A stretch of 64,000 nt of DNA from a virus, in the IMG/VR virus record IMGVR_UViG_3300030430_004991, positions 15,298 through 79,297 of that record; one strand, written 5' to 3'. Shown piece by piece: positions 1-8,342 of this stretch. The notes under the pieces were generated by a model that saw only the letters and a program-made list of their open reading frames with translations, was not told where the DNA came from and searched no databases. The position numbers and the translations under genes are program-made. How positions within the stretch are numbered: position 1 is the stretch's first letter; each line of letters begins with the position of its first letter.

Positions 1-24
1 ATTTCTTTTCTTATTGTGTTTCAT
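1..24 (-). CDS. 5' end of next gene (MKHNKKRN...), runs off the window
   Basis: ATG at 24 overlaps the portal 3' end, the frame is open to the window edge, and there is a purine-rich AAGGTGAAAGAAG upstream plus a late-type motif at 82-89. Confidence 0.65.
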
Positions 25-1975
25 CTTCTTTCACCTTTTTTAATAAACTTTCAATTAAGGTATCAACCTGCTTTGATGTATTAAATAGTTTCTGTTCTTC
101 GTTATCGTTTATACTTTCTGTTACACCACGAGCGAGAGAGTCTAGTCCACCAAACCCTGATTTTCCATGGAATGTAGTTCTGTACGTGTTTCCATATTCA
201 CCTGTGGCTTGATTTTTTATGTTTTTGCTTCTTCCGCCTTTAGAATAAGAGGTCTGGTGTCTTTTGTATTTTCCTCTTTTATATTTTGGCTCATCGTCTT
301 TTTTAGCCGGTGGCTCAGCCAGAATGACATCATCTTTTTCATCACCCCCTTCGGCACCAGGGCTCTTGTCCCCAGCAGCCTTGTCTCCGGCATCACCACC
401 TAAATCTAATCCTCCACCAGCATCACCACCAGCGCCTAAGTCTCCAAGGCCTCCAGCGTCACCACCTGTGCCTAGGTCTCCAAGACCACCACCGCCACCT
501 CCAGCATCGGCTCCACCTTGAGCAGCGGCCTCTAGGTTAGCAGAGAATTTTTTATCGTAGAACATTTCTCGCTGCATGCGTATGAACTCTTCTTCGGATA
601 ATCCAAATAAATGTTCTGCTACCCAGCGTTTTGAGAAATAACCATCTGTTGCATTTCCAGCAACAGAGAATTTTTTATCCCAATGTTCGAGTTCTTGTAA
701 TTCTGCAATTTTTGAAGGATTGTTCAGCCCTAAGTCAAAAGACAATAAATCTTCATTTCGAAAGCCCATTGTAAAAAGATGGATGATACCAATCTTTTCA
801 AGTTCGGCAATAACAACCCTTTGTAGTCTTTGAATTGTTCTAGCAAATCTAATGTCTTTTTGTGCCAACGTTGTTTTATCTTCTGTGGCACCATCACCCA
901 TTGTAAGGTAGGATTGTGGTATCTTAAGAGCAGAAAATAATTTGTCCCTCAAATATTTAACATCTTCAATTGTTGCAGTCATAGCACCACCGGGTAGGTT
1001 TACAATATCAGTGTTTGACGTACCACGAATAGGAATGTAATAATCTTCTTCAATTGACAGAGGATTGTAACGAAGATCAAGTCGTCCTGTTTTAGGATCG
1101 GTAACTTGATGTCGCTTCATTTGTGTCATTACTTTTTGCATGTATTGCTCCACATCTTGTGGTGGAATGTTTCCAACATCAATTTTGAATACACGCCTCT
1201 CAGGTGCTCGAACAATACGATAGGCCATCATAGCATCTTCTAGAAGTGTAAGTTGTCTCCAGATTCTGCGTGCCGGTTCTAGAACAGAAGTTCCGTATGG
1301 GGCATGCTTATCGTTGCCAAGAATGCGAAAATGAGCCATTTGCCAATTTTCCAATGTCATACCAGCAGAGTTCCACTGATATTGCACATAATTTGGATTT
1401 GAATCATCTTCGCCTTCCAATCTTTCAATCTCTTGCGGAGGAAGACCAATACATGCTCTAATACCAGTGGCCTCTTCGATATCTAAGTAAAGAAATAAAT
1501 CTCCGTATTTACACATAGTTCGGCACCACCCAAAAAGATTGTGATTAATGTTGAGAACATTATGGTACAAATCATTTAGAATAGTTTTTATTTCGTCGTT
1601 CGGACACTTAATTCTTAACATCGGCTGTAGTGCGGAGTGCGTTGTCATTTCGTCTGCGTAAATATCTAACGATGACGCGCATTCCGGTGTATATTCCATT
1701 TGATCAAAATCAATATAGCGCTCTGCTCTATTTCTATTAGAGATCATGTTAATAGCCATGATGTTCATGGGGTTGTATTCTTGTTTTTTAAATTGTTTAC
1801 CACTAGCAGATGTAAATCTAGAGGAATACATGTCTAGTTGTCGTCTTCTAAGTTGACGACCTTGTTGTGTCCTTCTTTGTGTTATAGGTCCTGAAAATAA
1901 TCTTGTTAAAGATCTAAAAAGACTATTCTCTGGATTATAGGGATTCTTTCCCAAATTTCTTTTTTTCTTAGCCAT
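11..1975 (-). CDS. gp20: T4 gp20-like portal protein with Gly-rich C-terminal extension
   Basis: Portal motifs LEDAMMAYRIVRAPERRVFKIDVGN, EEDYYIP, EDVKYLRDKLFSALKIP, DIRFARTIQRLQ; adjacent to terminase. Confidence 0.95.
   Translation of the reverse strand: MAKKKRNLGKNPYNPENSLFRSLTRLFSGPITQRRTQQGRQLRRRQLDMYSSRFTSASGKQFKKQEYNPMNIMAINMISNRNRAERYIDFDQMEYTPECASSLDIYADEMTTHSALQPMLRIKCPNDEIKTILNDLYHNVLNINHNLFGWCRTMCKYGDLFLYLDIEEATGIRACIGLPPQEIERLEGEDDSNPNYVQYQWNSAGMTLENWQMAHFRILGNDKHAPYGTSVLEPARRIWRQLTLLEDAMMAYRIVRAPERRVFKIDVGNIPPQDVEQYMQKVMTQMKRHQVTDPKTGRLDLRYNPLSIEEDYYIPIRGTSNTDIVNLPGGAMTATIEDVKYLRDKLFSALKIPQSYLTMGDGATEDKTTLAQKDIRFARTIQRLQRVVIAELEKIGIIHLFTMGFRNEDLLSFDLGLNNPSKIAELQELEHWDKKFSVAGNATDGYFSKRWVAEHLFGLSEEEFIRMQREMFYDKKFSANLEAAAQGGADAGGGGGGLGDLGTGGDAGGLGDLGAGGDAGGGLDLGGDAGDKAAGDKSPGAEGGDEKDDVILAEPPAKKDDEPKYKRGKYKRHQTSYSKGGRSKNIKNQATGEYGNTYRTTFHGKSGFGGLDSLARGVTESINDNEEQKLFNTSKQVDTLIESLLKKVKEDETQ
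82..89 (-). promoter_or_regulatory. putative late promoter ACTATTTA
   Basis: Same motif as in intergenic sites 8325, 17296, 36634, 46311, 61569; about 58 nt upstream of the ATG at 24. Confidence 0.45.
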
Positions 1976-1978
1976 TTA

Positions 1979-3562
1979 TTATCCTTTGAAAATCCAAGCA
2001 AAGTTTCTAGCAATTTTTAACTCTTCTTTATATTTAGTTTCGAAATCAGCATTATACCCATCTTGACCTTTTATGGTAGTGTTCAAAACATTTTTTTTCA
2101 TGTACATACCATCAATCATTGCTTTTCTGTATTGTAAGTCTTTTTCTGACACTTCAAGTGCTGTATCTCTTACCCAGCACATAATAGATAAACACATGAC
2201 GATGTCATCATGATAAGATCTCATTGCTTGTGGTTTTCCGTTGTTCCAAATAAAAGTCCTAAACTCATCAAATGCTCTTGCTGAAGGTATTTTTATTATT
2301 CTGTTGCGAATAAATTCTTCTAGTTTTGCTACAATTAAAGGCCTAGTTTTTGTTGATGTTGTAAACCCACCAATAGCATTATTCATAAACTCGCCTTGTG
2401 CTGGATCTACAAATTCATGCGTTCCCTTCGCAGAATAATAAAGGTTGTCATATCCTAAATCTTTTAGCTTTTCAAATACAGAAATACCAATTCCATTATT
2501 TTCAACAACAAGAAGACATTTTCCATATTCCATTCCAGCAGAATGTAACATTTGAGCATACATATCTAAGGAAGGCTTACCTTGATACTCTGCTACGATT
2601 TCCATTCTATTCACATTGAGTACATGAAAAACAGAGTTGTCAGCGCCATCGCCTCTAGCAACATCGGCAACAAGTAAATAAGAAGTTCCCTCCTGGTACT
2701 TTTCCCATATCCAAAAATTTCTATCATATCCTGTCCTATACGTTGGTTCTTTGATTTGTTCTTGAAGCCAAGCAATATCATCTGGATGAATAACAGTATC
2801 ACCTGAGGTGTTAAAATTGCACTCAAGTTCTTGCGCTATTTGTCTTCGAGACATGTTCTTAGTTTCTTTTTCAAACCACTGTTGATCTCTTTCGGGATGA
2901 ACATCCCACGGTAAATTAACCGGTTTAAAGTCTGATTCTCCATTTGCAGCCGCTATGTATGTTTTGTGAAACCAGTTTCCCACACCATTTGGAGTAGATA
3001 GTGCAATACAGCGACCACCAGTGGATAGTGTAGGATAGAGACCTGTCCATAGATCATCAAGTCCGTCAATGTGAGCGGCCTCATCTATAATCAACAAAGA
3101 CAGTGCTTCCGAACGACCAGCATCTCCAGATGTTGATGCTGCTTTGATTTGTGATCCATTGGAGAGTTCAAAAGAGGTTCTATTATCAACTTTAATTTTT
3201 GCAACTCTCATCCATTCTGGCAGATACTGCATTATGTTTTTTACTTTCTTTACAAGGTTTGCTGCGGTTTGAAATTTTGTGGCGATCACAAGTATGTTTT
3301 TATCTCTGTGAAACAACATAAACCAAACAGCATAAGCGGCTGAGATCGTAGAAATACCTAGCTGCCTTGCTTTAAGAATCACAGTAAAACGAAAATCATT
3401 AAAATCATTTATCAAATCATCTTGATAAGGATAGGTTTTAAACGGTATCAACCCATGCATGGGGTGGGAAATCCGACAATAATTATTTATAAAGTATTGT
3501 GGGTTTTTACCAGATTTAACAATTTCTTTTACAATTTCTTTCTTAGAAAGAGAGAAAGCCAT
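1979..3562 (-). CDS. gp17: Terminase large subunit (T4 gp17-like)
   Basis: Walker A KARQLGIST, Walker B LLIIDEAAH, coupling motif STPNG, nuclease motifs VADVARGDGAD and HDDIVM. Confidence 0.96.
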   Translation of the reverse strand: MAFSLSKKEIVKEIVKSGKNPQYFINNYCRISHPMHGLIPFKTYPYQDDLINDFNDFRFTVILKARQLGISTISAAYAVWFMLFHRDKNILVIATKFQTAANLVKKVKNIMQYLPEWMRVAKIKVDNRTSFELSNGSQIKAASTSGDAGRSEALSLLIIDEAAHIDGLDDLWTGLYPTLSTGGRCIALSTPNGVGNWFHKTYIAAANGESDFKPVNLPWDVHPERDQQWFEKETKNMSRRQIAQELECNFNTSGDTVIHPDDIAWLQEQIKEPTYRTGYDRNFWIWEKYQEGTSYLLVADVARGDGADNSVFHVLNVNRMEIVAEYQGKPSLDMYAQMLHSAGMEYGKCLLVVENNGIGISVFEKLKDLGYDNLYYSAKGTHEFVDPAQGEFMNNAIGGFTTSTKTRPLIVAKLEEFIRNRIIKIPSARAFDEFRTFIWNNGKPQAMRSYHDDIVMCLSIMCWVRDTALEVSEKDLQYRKAMIDGMYMKKNVLNTTIKGQDGYNADFETKYKEELKIARNFAWIFKG

Positions 3563-4125
3563 TATTTTTTCTCGTTGTCACCTTTCTTGATGAACTCATT
3601 TTGTGGTCGCTTTGCTGCTTTAACTTGCTCTAAAAATTTTCTAGTAATAGCACGACTGCTTTCAACAGCAGGGTCCATAATCGGCTCTTCTTTTACTTTG
3701 CTAATTTTATAATGCTGGTATGCCTGCACAAACGACCTGACTCTGGAGACAGATTGTACTAGAATTTTTGGCTCTCCGCTAGCGGTAAGAGTAATTGAGT
3801 TGCCGGTTACTGCCTTGTATTCTTTTTGAAGAAATTTTTTAATTTGATTAAGTTGACGCACCATTTCGCCCTCGAAATCTTTTGATTGATGTACATCACG
3901 CAGCCTGATGTCGGATTGATAATTAATGCAAATTTTGTTTCCATAAAATTTAACAGAGAAGCCATCATTAACTCTGCTATCCATAATTGGACACCCTTCT
4001 TCTCTTTTAAGACCAACTTTACGAACTTGACCATCTAGAGAAAACCTCTCATCATGTCCACCATCGTAAGCGTTTGCTGCCGCTTGTGACAGCCCTTGTA
4101 TAATTTGTAATGTTGTTTCAGCCAT
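3562..4125 (-). CDS. hypothetical protein upstream of terminase
   Basis: 187 aa ORF overlapping both neighbours in the operon. Confidence 0.8.
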   Translation of the reverse strand: MAETTLQIIQGLSQAAANAYDGGHDERFSLDGQVRKVGLKREEGCPIMDSRVNDGFSVKFYGNKICINYQSDIRLRDVHQSKDFEGEMVRQLNQIKKFLQKEYKAVTGNSITLTASGEPKILVQSVSRVRSFVQAYQHYKISKVKEEPIMDPAVESSRAITRKFLEQVKAAKRPQNEFIKKGDNEKK

Positions 4126-4495
4126 TTTTAGGTCTCCATCCTTTTTTCCATCGTTCTTCGCGTCCTTCTACATATTGAATGTAACATTTTTCACAACAGT
4201 CAAACTTTGACATATAAACATCATCATTGGACTTGAAAGAGTAAACATTGCATACAGGACAAGAACGTTTAGAATTCTTCGTAATTAGTTTCTTTGGGAT
4301 AAAAACTCCATTTATCTCTTCCTCATCGTTTACACCAGATTCTTCGTATTTGTAGAATCCTTTGAGTTCTTCTAAATATTCTTTTTCTTTTTCATCGTTC
4401 CAACCCTTTTTTGGGTGCTGGATTGTTTCTGCGCCGTATTTTTCTGTTATGGCTTTCTCAACCTTTACGGCATAATTTGGATCTTTACTTTTCAT
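4118..4495 (-). CDS. hypothetical protein with C4-type zinc finger
   Basis: CPVC...DCCEKC; overlaps both neighbours. Confidence 0.75.
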   Translation of the reverse strand: MKSKDPNYAVKVEKAITEKYGAETIQHPKKGWNDEKEKEYLEELKGFYKYEESGVNDEEEINGVFIPKKLITKNSKRSCPVCNVYSFKSNDDVYMSKFDCCEKCYIQYVEGREERWKKGWRPKNG

Positions 4496-4898
4496 ATTTT
4501 CTTTGCCATTCTTTTGAAATTTTGTCCTCTTTTATTGGCCCACCCTTAGCCCAAGTTCTACATGCTCTGGCGGAGTGGCACTTAAAATGATGCATCCAAC
4601 AATAACCTAATCTTCCTTCTCCATCAGAAGTAGGTCCAGGCATACACTCATCCATTCTAGGTGATATGTCAAACGCCGTACAGTTTCCACACAGAGATTT
4701 TTTTGCAGCCTCTTCTGTTGTGTTCCAATACTCCGCAATGTCTTTCCAGTAATCACCGGGCTCATCAACATTAAGTGGGCCGTACTGAATGTGTTCTGCT
4801 TTTATAGAGGCGTCACGATTTTTTGTATTTAATTTTAAATCTTGTGTCGCCTCAGGGCAAATCATTTTTTTAAGTCTTTTTAAAATTCTTATTTTCAT
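4485..4898 (-). CDS. Cys-rich hypothetical protein (HiPIP-like Cys spacing) with MKIRILK N-terminus
   Basis: CGNC...GYC...C...CRTW; 7 Cys. Confidence 0.7.
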   Translation of the reverse strand: MKIRILKRLKKMICPEATQDLKLNTKNRDASIKAEHIQYGPLNVDEPGDYWKDIAEYWNTTEEAAKKSLCGNCTAFDISPRMDECMPGPTSDGEGRLGYCWMHHFKCHSARACRTWAKGGPIKEDKISKEWQRKYEK

Positions 4899-5287
4899 TG
4901 AGTTAATCCCGGCTTGACAGCATACATGATCCCAACTGAAATTCCCGCACCGGCAATAAATCCACCAATGAGCGGCCAGATGTTATTCTGGGGCCTCAGT
5001 TCATCTATGTGTTCATCTTGTAATCTAATTAGTTCGTTAAGTTTCTCAATCTCCGCGTCTGTTTTGGACTTCAAGACATCATAGCGATATTTCTCTAAAA
5101 TTTTGTTCTCATTAACTTTAAACTCAACAAGCGCATCACATGTTAAATCTTTTGTTACACTATCTTCAACAAGGATTCTCATCGCTGCTTCGTTCAATAG
5201 GCGACCATTCCATGGAACAGTTTCACCTGTTTTCATATCTTTGTATTTTGGCTCTTCCGCAAACAGAAGAGAAATTAAAAATATCAT
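4895..5287 (-). CDS. membrane protein, possible non-canonical spanin component
   Basis: Short hydrophobic N-terminus MIFLISLLFA, helical middle, C-terminal TM IWPLIGGFIAGAGISVGIMYAV; 4-nt overlap with the i-spanin-like gene. Confidence 0.5.
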   Translation of the reverse strand: MIFLISLLFAEEPKYKDMKTGETVPWNGRLLNEAAMRILVEDSVTKDLTCDALVEFKVNENKILEKYRYDVLKSKTDAEIEKLNELIRLQDEHIDELRPQNNIWPLIGGFIAGAGISVGIMYAVKPGLTQ

Positions 5288-5613
5288 TCTTCCCTCTCAA
5301 TGCCTTTTGATTTTAAGAAATCCTCGGTCTTAACCTTCTTCGAGTCTCTTAAAAACTTATGCTTTTTTTCCTCGAAATTTAGAACGTTTTCAGCAATAGA
5401 AGCGTCTTTGGTTTCCACGAGGTCTTCCAAGTCCTCCACAAGTTCTTCGCGTTGTTTTTCTTCTAAATCTTTCCATTTTTCATAAAATTTTACTTTCTGT
5501 TTCTTTGCGTCTTTTGAGCGTCCAAGCAAATAGAAAGCAATGACAGTAATGATCATTAAGATCCACTGCCAATACTTTATTACAAAATTTACGGTTTTTG
5601 CCCACCAAGTCAT
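5284..5613 (-). CDS. N-terminal TM plus charged coiled-coil protein (i-spanin-like)
   Basis: TM WQWILMIITVIAFYLLG followed by an E/K-rich helix; close to the holin-like gene. Confidence 0.5.
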   Translation of the reverse strand: MTWWAKTVNFVIKYWQWILMIITVIAFYLLGRSKDAKKQKVKFYEKWKDLEEKQREELVEDLEDLVETKDASIAENVLNFEEKKHKFLRDSKKVKTEDFLKSKGIEREE

Positions 5614-5960
5614 TGGTTTTCCGCATTCTCAATTTTCTGCAGAACCATAGCTTTAACGTCTTCGTCAAAATCACTTAAATTATCGCTGACATCCTCGACA
5701 CTAGAAATGTCCCTTAAATCGATTTCTGCGATCGAGCCCCCGGCTTCTATGTATAGGATACCGTAGTCACCATAAACGTCCGCGAGATTTTCCAAACTGG
5801 CGACACCAGTTTCACTCTTGGTATATTTTAATGCTGCTTCAATACTGTCCTCGTCTTGTTCGTCTTGTGAAATCACATCAACATGGACACCATCCGATTC
5901 TGTTAGTCTTGTCAATTCTTCTTTGATTAATTTTTTTAATAATTTTGTTGTTAATTTCAT
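5610..5960 (-). CDS. acidic hypothetical protein with MKLTTKLLKKLIKEEL leader (putative internal head protein)
   Basis: Start moved to ATG 5960 (AAGGA upstream, just after the previous stop); basic amphipathic leader followed by an acidic body. Confidence 0.7.
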   Translation of the reverse strand: MKLTTKLLKKLIKEELTRLTESDGVHVDVISQDEQDEDSIEAALKYTKSETGVASLENLADVYGDYGILYIEAGGSIAEIDLRDISSVEDVSDNLSDFDEDVKAMVLQKIENAENQ

Positions 5961-5964
5961 TTTT

Positions 5965-6228
5965 TTATCCTTTCCAAACTTTAGCAACGTCAATAACTGA
6001 CTGTCCACCAATGTACATGGCAGCAATCATCGCCCAAGTGTCAGGATCGAGTCCGGACCAGATGAGCAAAGCAGTTGCACTAGCAAAAACAAGAAGTTTA
6101 CGAGATACGGCTTTTCCAAGAGCCTCATCAACTACTCCTAGCTTTTGTTCTTTGCAACATTCGCAATGTTCGCAGCAATCACACTTGTGGTCATGCTCGC
6201 AATTTTCCTCACAATTTTCATTATGCAT
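5965..6228 (-). CDS. holin-like two-TM protein with Cys/His-rich N-terminus
   Basis: SRKLLVF-TM1-short loop-TM2-basic tail; first 25 aa contain 8 Cys and 4 His; GGAG SD. Confidence 0.55.
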   Translation of the reverse strand: MHNENCEENCEHDHKCDCCEHCECCKEQKLGVVDEALGKAVSRKLLVFASATALLIWSGLDPDTWAMIAAMYIGGQSVIDVAKVWKG

Positions 6229-8296
6229 TTCTGTTCTCCTTTAAAATTTTAATTTTTATTCTTTTTCTATTTTCTTGAACACTAAAGCTATTGCCTGGTG
6301 TTCCTATATTGGTTTGATACCAATTTATAACATCTTGTTCCGTGAAGTTTAAAAACTTGTAAAATTTATTGATCTTCTCAGGAGTAGCTACAGTACCTTC
6401 TAAGTTTTCTTTTTCCTTTAAAGCAGCGTCTATAAGTTTTTTTGCTGCTTCTTTATCAATGTTATTCTGTCTAAGATAGTTAAATTCTAAATCTTGCACG
6501 AATTTGTCGACTATTTTTTTTCTAATTTCTCCAGCGCCCTTTGTCTTTTCAAACCCTATGGCCGCAGGAGTTCCAATACCAGCGTGTGTTTTTAGACTTT
6601 TTGTCTTTTTGCCAAGAAATACAGGGCTATTTTTAACAATTCTGTACGTGCGAATAATTTGTTTGTTGTCCATCATTTCAACAAAGTCATAAGTTTTTTC
6701 ATAGATTTCATAAAATTTTTGCATTGCCGGTATAAAAACAGCGGCTAATTTTTCACAATCATCATCTGCTGTGTGTGTTTGTTTTGGAGCATTTTCGATA
6801 AATGCTTTCATCAGAGTCTCTAGTTTTCCTTTTGATTTTCCAGATTTTTTTAAATTTTTTAAAATTACCCTTACTTCATCAATTTGAGGCTTGATCTTTA
6901 TAGTGTTGTGTTCACCGATCTCTATAAAATCTTCTATAGCTTTTTTTAGTTTTTTTGTTCTCTCTTCATCTGGTTGTTGTGTATCTAGTATTTCTTGCAT
7001 CTCTTTAATTCGAAAATGTGTACGATATGCTAATCCATAAAAATACACTAGTGTTTTAAAATATTTTATCATCAATGAGAATAAAAATCTCGTATCATAC
7101 ACATAAGAGTTACGAAAATTTTGTGTATTGTTAATCCCGTGAAACTCACATCTTGCAATTACAAAAGGATTGTCAAAAGAAATTATGTTTTGACCAACTA
7201 ATACATAGTCACCATTTGGTTGTGATTGATTCGTTGATGGCGCTCCTTGTTGATCAATAAACTTCATCATGCCCTCAAGCGCTTCTTTCTCTGAGACAGT
7301 GCCTTCGTAACCTTTATTACGATATTTTTTTAACGGAAATTCATCATAATTTGTAAATACTTTATTTTCTTCTGTGGTTTGTTTGAGAAAAAGAATAATT
7401 TTTTCAACAGTACTTTTTACAAAGTCATTCCCTCTATTGTTATAGTATGTTGAAATGCCGCCATCAACAGTATCCTCATTGAAAATATTGTGATAAAAAA
7501 AGATCAAATCTTCTTTAGATGGATTTGTGTTCTCAATTATTTTTTTTAATCTTTCTTTCGGAAGGAGAGGTCCTTCTTCGCCTTGTCCGTCTTTATCTTT
7601 TTCAATCTTTTCGCTTTCTTCTTCGTCTTTATCTTTTTCAATCTTTTCGCTTTCTTCTTCGTCTTTATCTTTTTCAATCTTTTCGCTTTCTTCTTCTTCA
7701 AAATCAATTACTGATATATATTTCTCTACGAATTTTTTAAACGCACTAGCAGTGCCTTTTTTGCCAAGTAGAGCCTTTTTTTTGTTTTTTAGGTTATAGT
7801 GAAGAAAAATATGAAAAAATAATCCTAAAATTGATTTTACATCATCTCTATTTTTAGCGGGTATTTCAAGTTGATCGTCTCGTATAAATTCTTTAAATTC
7901 GGTATATTCATTTTCTGGTGTTTGGTCTAAAATTTTAGCTCTTTTTTCTTTGGCTTTTTTGGATCTATCACTATATTCATCTGTTATGTCGGCCTTTGCG
8001 ACATAGTAATCATTTGGGTTTTCTGCGCTAATTGTGCTTGGGTCACCGTTTGGAGAATATTTTAAAATAGCGATTTGGTGAATCATGTCTGAAATTTGTC
8101 CGAATTCTCCTCTTTTTCTTCGAAGACCTGTTGTTTCAAGGTCGTAAAACAAAAGATCTTTGTTAAATAAACTCTCTAATACTTCTTTTTCTTTAATTAA
8201 AAGACCTAAGTTTCCAAAAAGTTCTTCTACTGGTAGAAGACTTGTCGGAGATTTTCCGGTCCTCTCTGATAATTGTTTTTTGATTCTAATTTTCAT
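6221..8296 (-). CDS. DEDDh 3'-5' exonuclease (DnaQ-like) with large insertions
   Basis: ExoI FYDLETTGL, ExoII VGQNIISFD, YDT, ExoIII HTADDD. Confidence 0.85.
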   Translation of the reverse strand: MKIRIKKQLSERTGKSPTSLLPVEELFGNLGLLIKEKEVLESLFNKDLLFYDLETTGLRRKRGEFGQISDMIHQIAILKYSPNGDPSTISAENPNDYYVAKADITDEYSDRSKKAKEKRAKILDQTPENEYTEFKEFIRDDQLEIPAKNRDDVKSILGLFFHIFLHYNLKNKKKALLGKKGTASAFKKFVEKYISVIDFEEEESEKIEKDKDEEESEKIEKDKDEEESEKIEKDKDGQGEEGPLLPKERLKKIIENTNPSKEDLIFFYHNIFNEDTVDGGISTYYNNRGNDFVKSTVEKIILFLKQTTEENKVFTNYDEFPLKKYRNKGYEGTVSEKEALEGMMKFIDQQGAPSTNQSQPNGDYVLVGQNIISFDNPFVIARCEFHGINNTQNFRNSYVYDTRFLFSLMIKYFKTLVYFYGLAYRTHFRIKEMQEILDTQQPDEERTKKLKKAIEDFIEIGEHNTIKIKPQIDEVRVILKNLKKSGKSKGKLETLMKAFIENAPKQTHTADDDCEKLAAVFIPAMQKFYEIYEKTYDFVEMMDNKQIIRTYRIVKNSPVFLGKKTKSLKTHAGIGTPAAIGFEKTKGAGEIRKKIVDKFVQDLEFNYLRQNNIDKEAAKKLIDAALKEKENLEGTVATPEKINKFYKFLNFTEQDVINWYQTNIGTPGNSFSVQENRKRIKIKILKENRNA
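7589..7696. repeat. perfect 3 x 36-bp in-frame tandem repeat (EEESEKIEKDKD)
   Basis: gtctttatctttttcaatcttttcgctttcttcttc at 7589, 7625 and 7661. Confidence 0.97.
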
Positions 8297-8299
8297 AAT

Positions 8300-8333
8300 A
8301 AAAAATCCTATTTAGCTTTTACACTAAATAGGA
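8300..8333 (-). terminator. 10-bp hairpin plus U6 tract (terminator / RBS-sequestering stem) containing a late motif
   Basis: Minus strand reads TCCTATTTAG-TGTAAAAG-CTAAATAGGA-TTTTTT, 10 nt after the Mre11-Rad50 stop. Confidence 0.75.
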
Positions 8334-8342
8334 CGTTATTTG

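Noticed and set aside
167-521. Plus-strand ORFs, including a Pro-rich 85-aa ORF
   Set aside because: Antisense shadow of the Gly-rich portal tail
5961-6026. Upstream extension of the 5610 ORF (likewise the ORF-track starts at 37140, 47052, 49792, 51984, 61518)
   Set aside because: These either overlap upstream genes or lack a suitably spaced SD; downstream ATGs with SD or coupling are better starts
7589-7696. 36-bp repeats as a mini CRISPR array
   Set aside because: Copies abut with no spacers and are in frame within a CDS
7519-7799. Repetitive plus-strand ORFs
   Set aside because: Antisense readings of the 36-bp coding repeat
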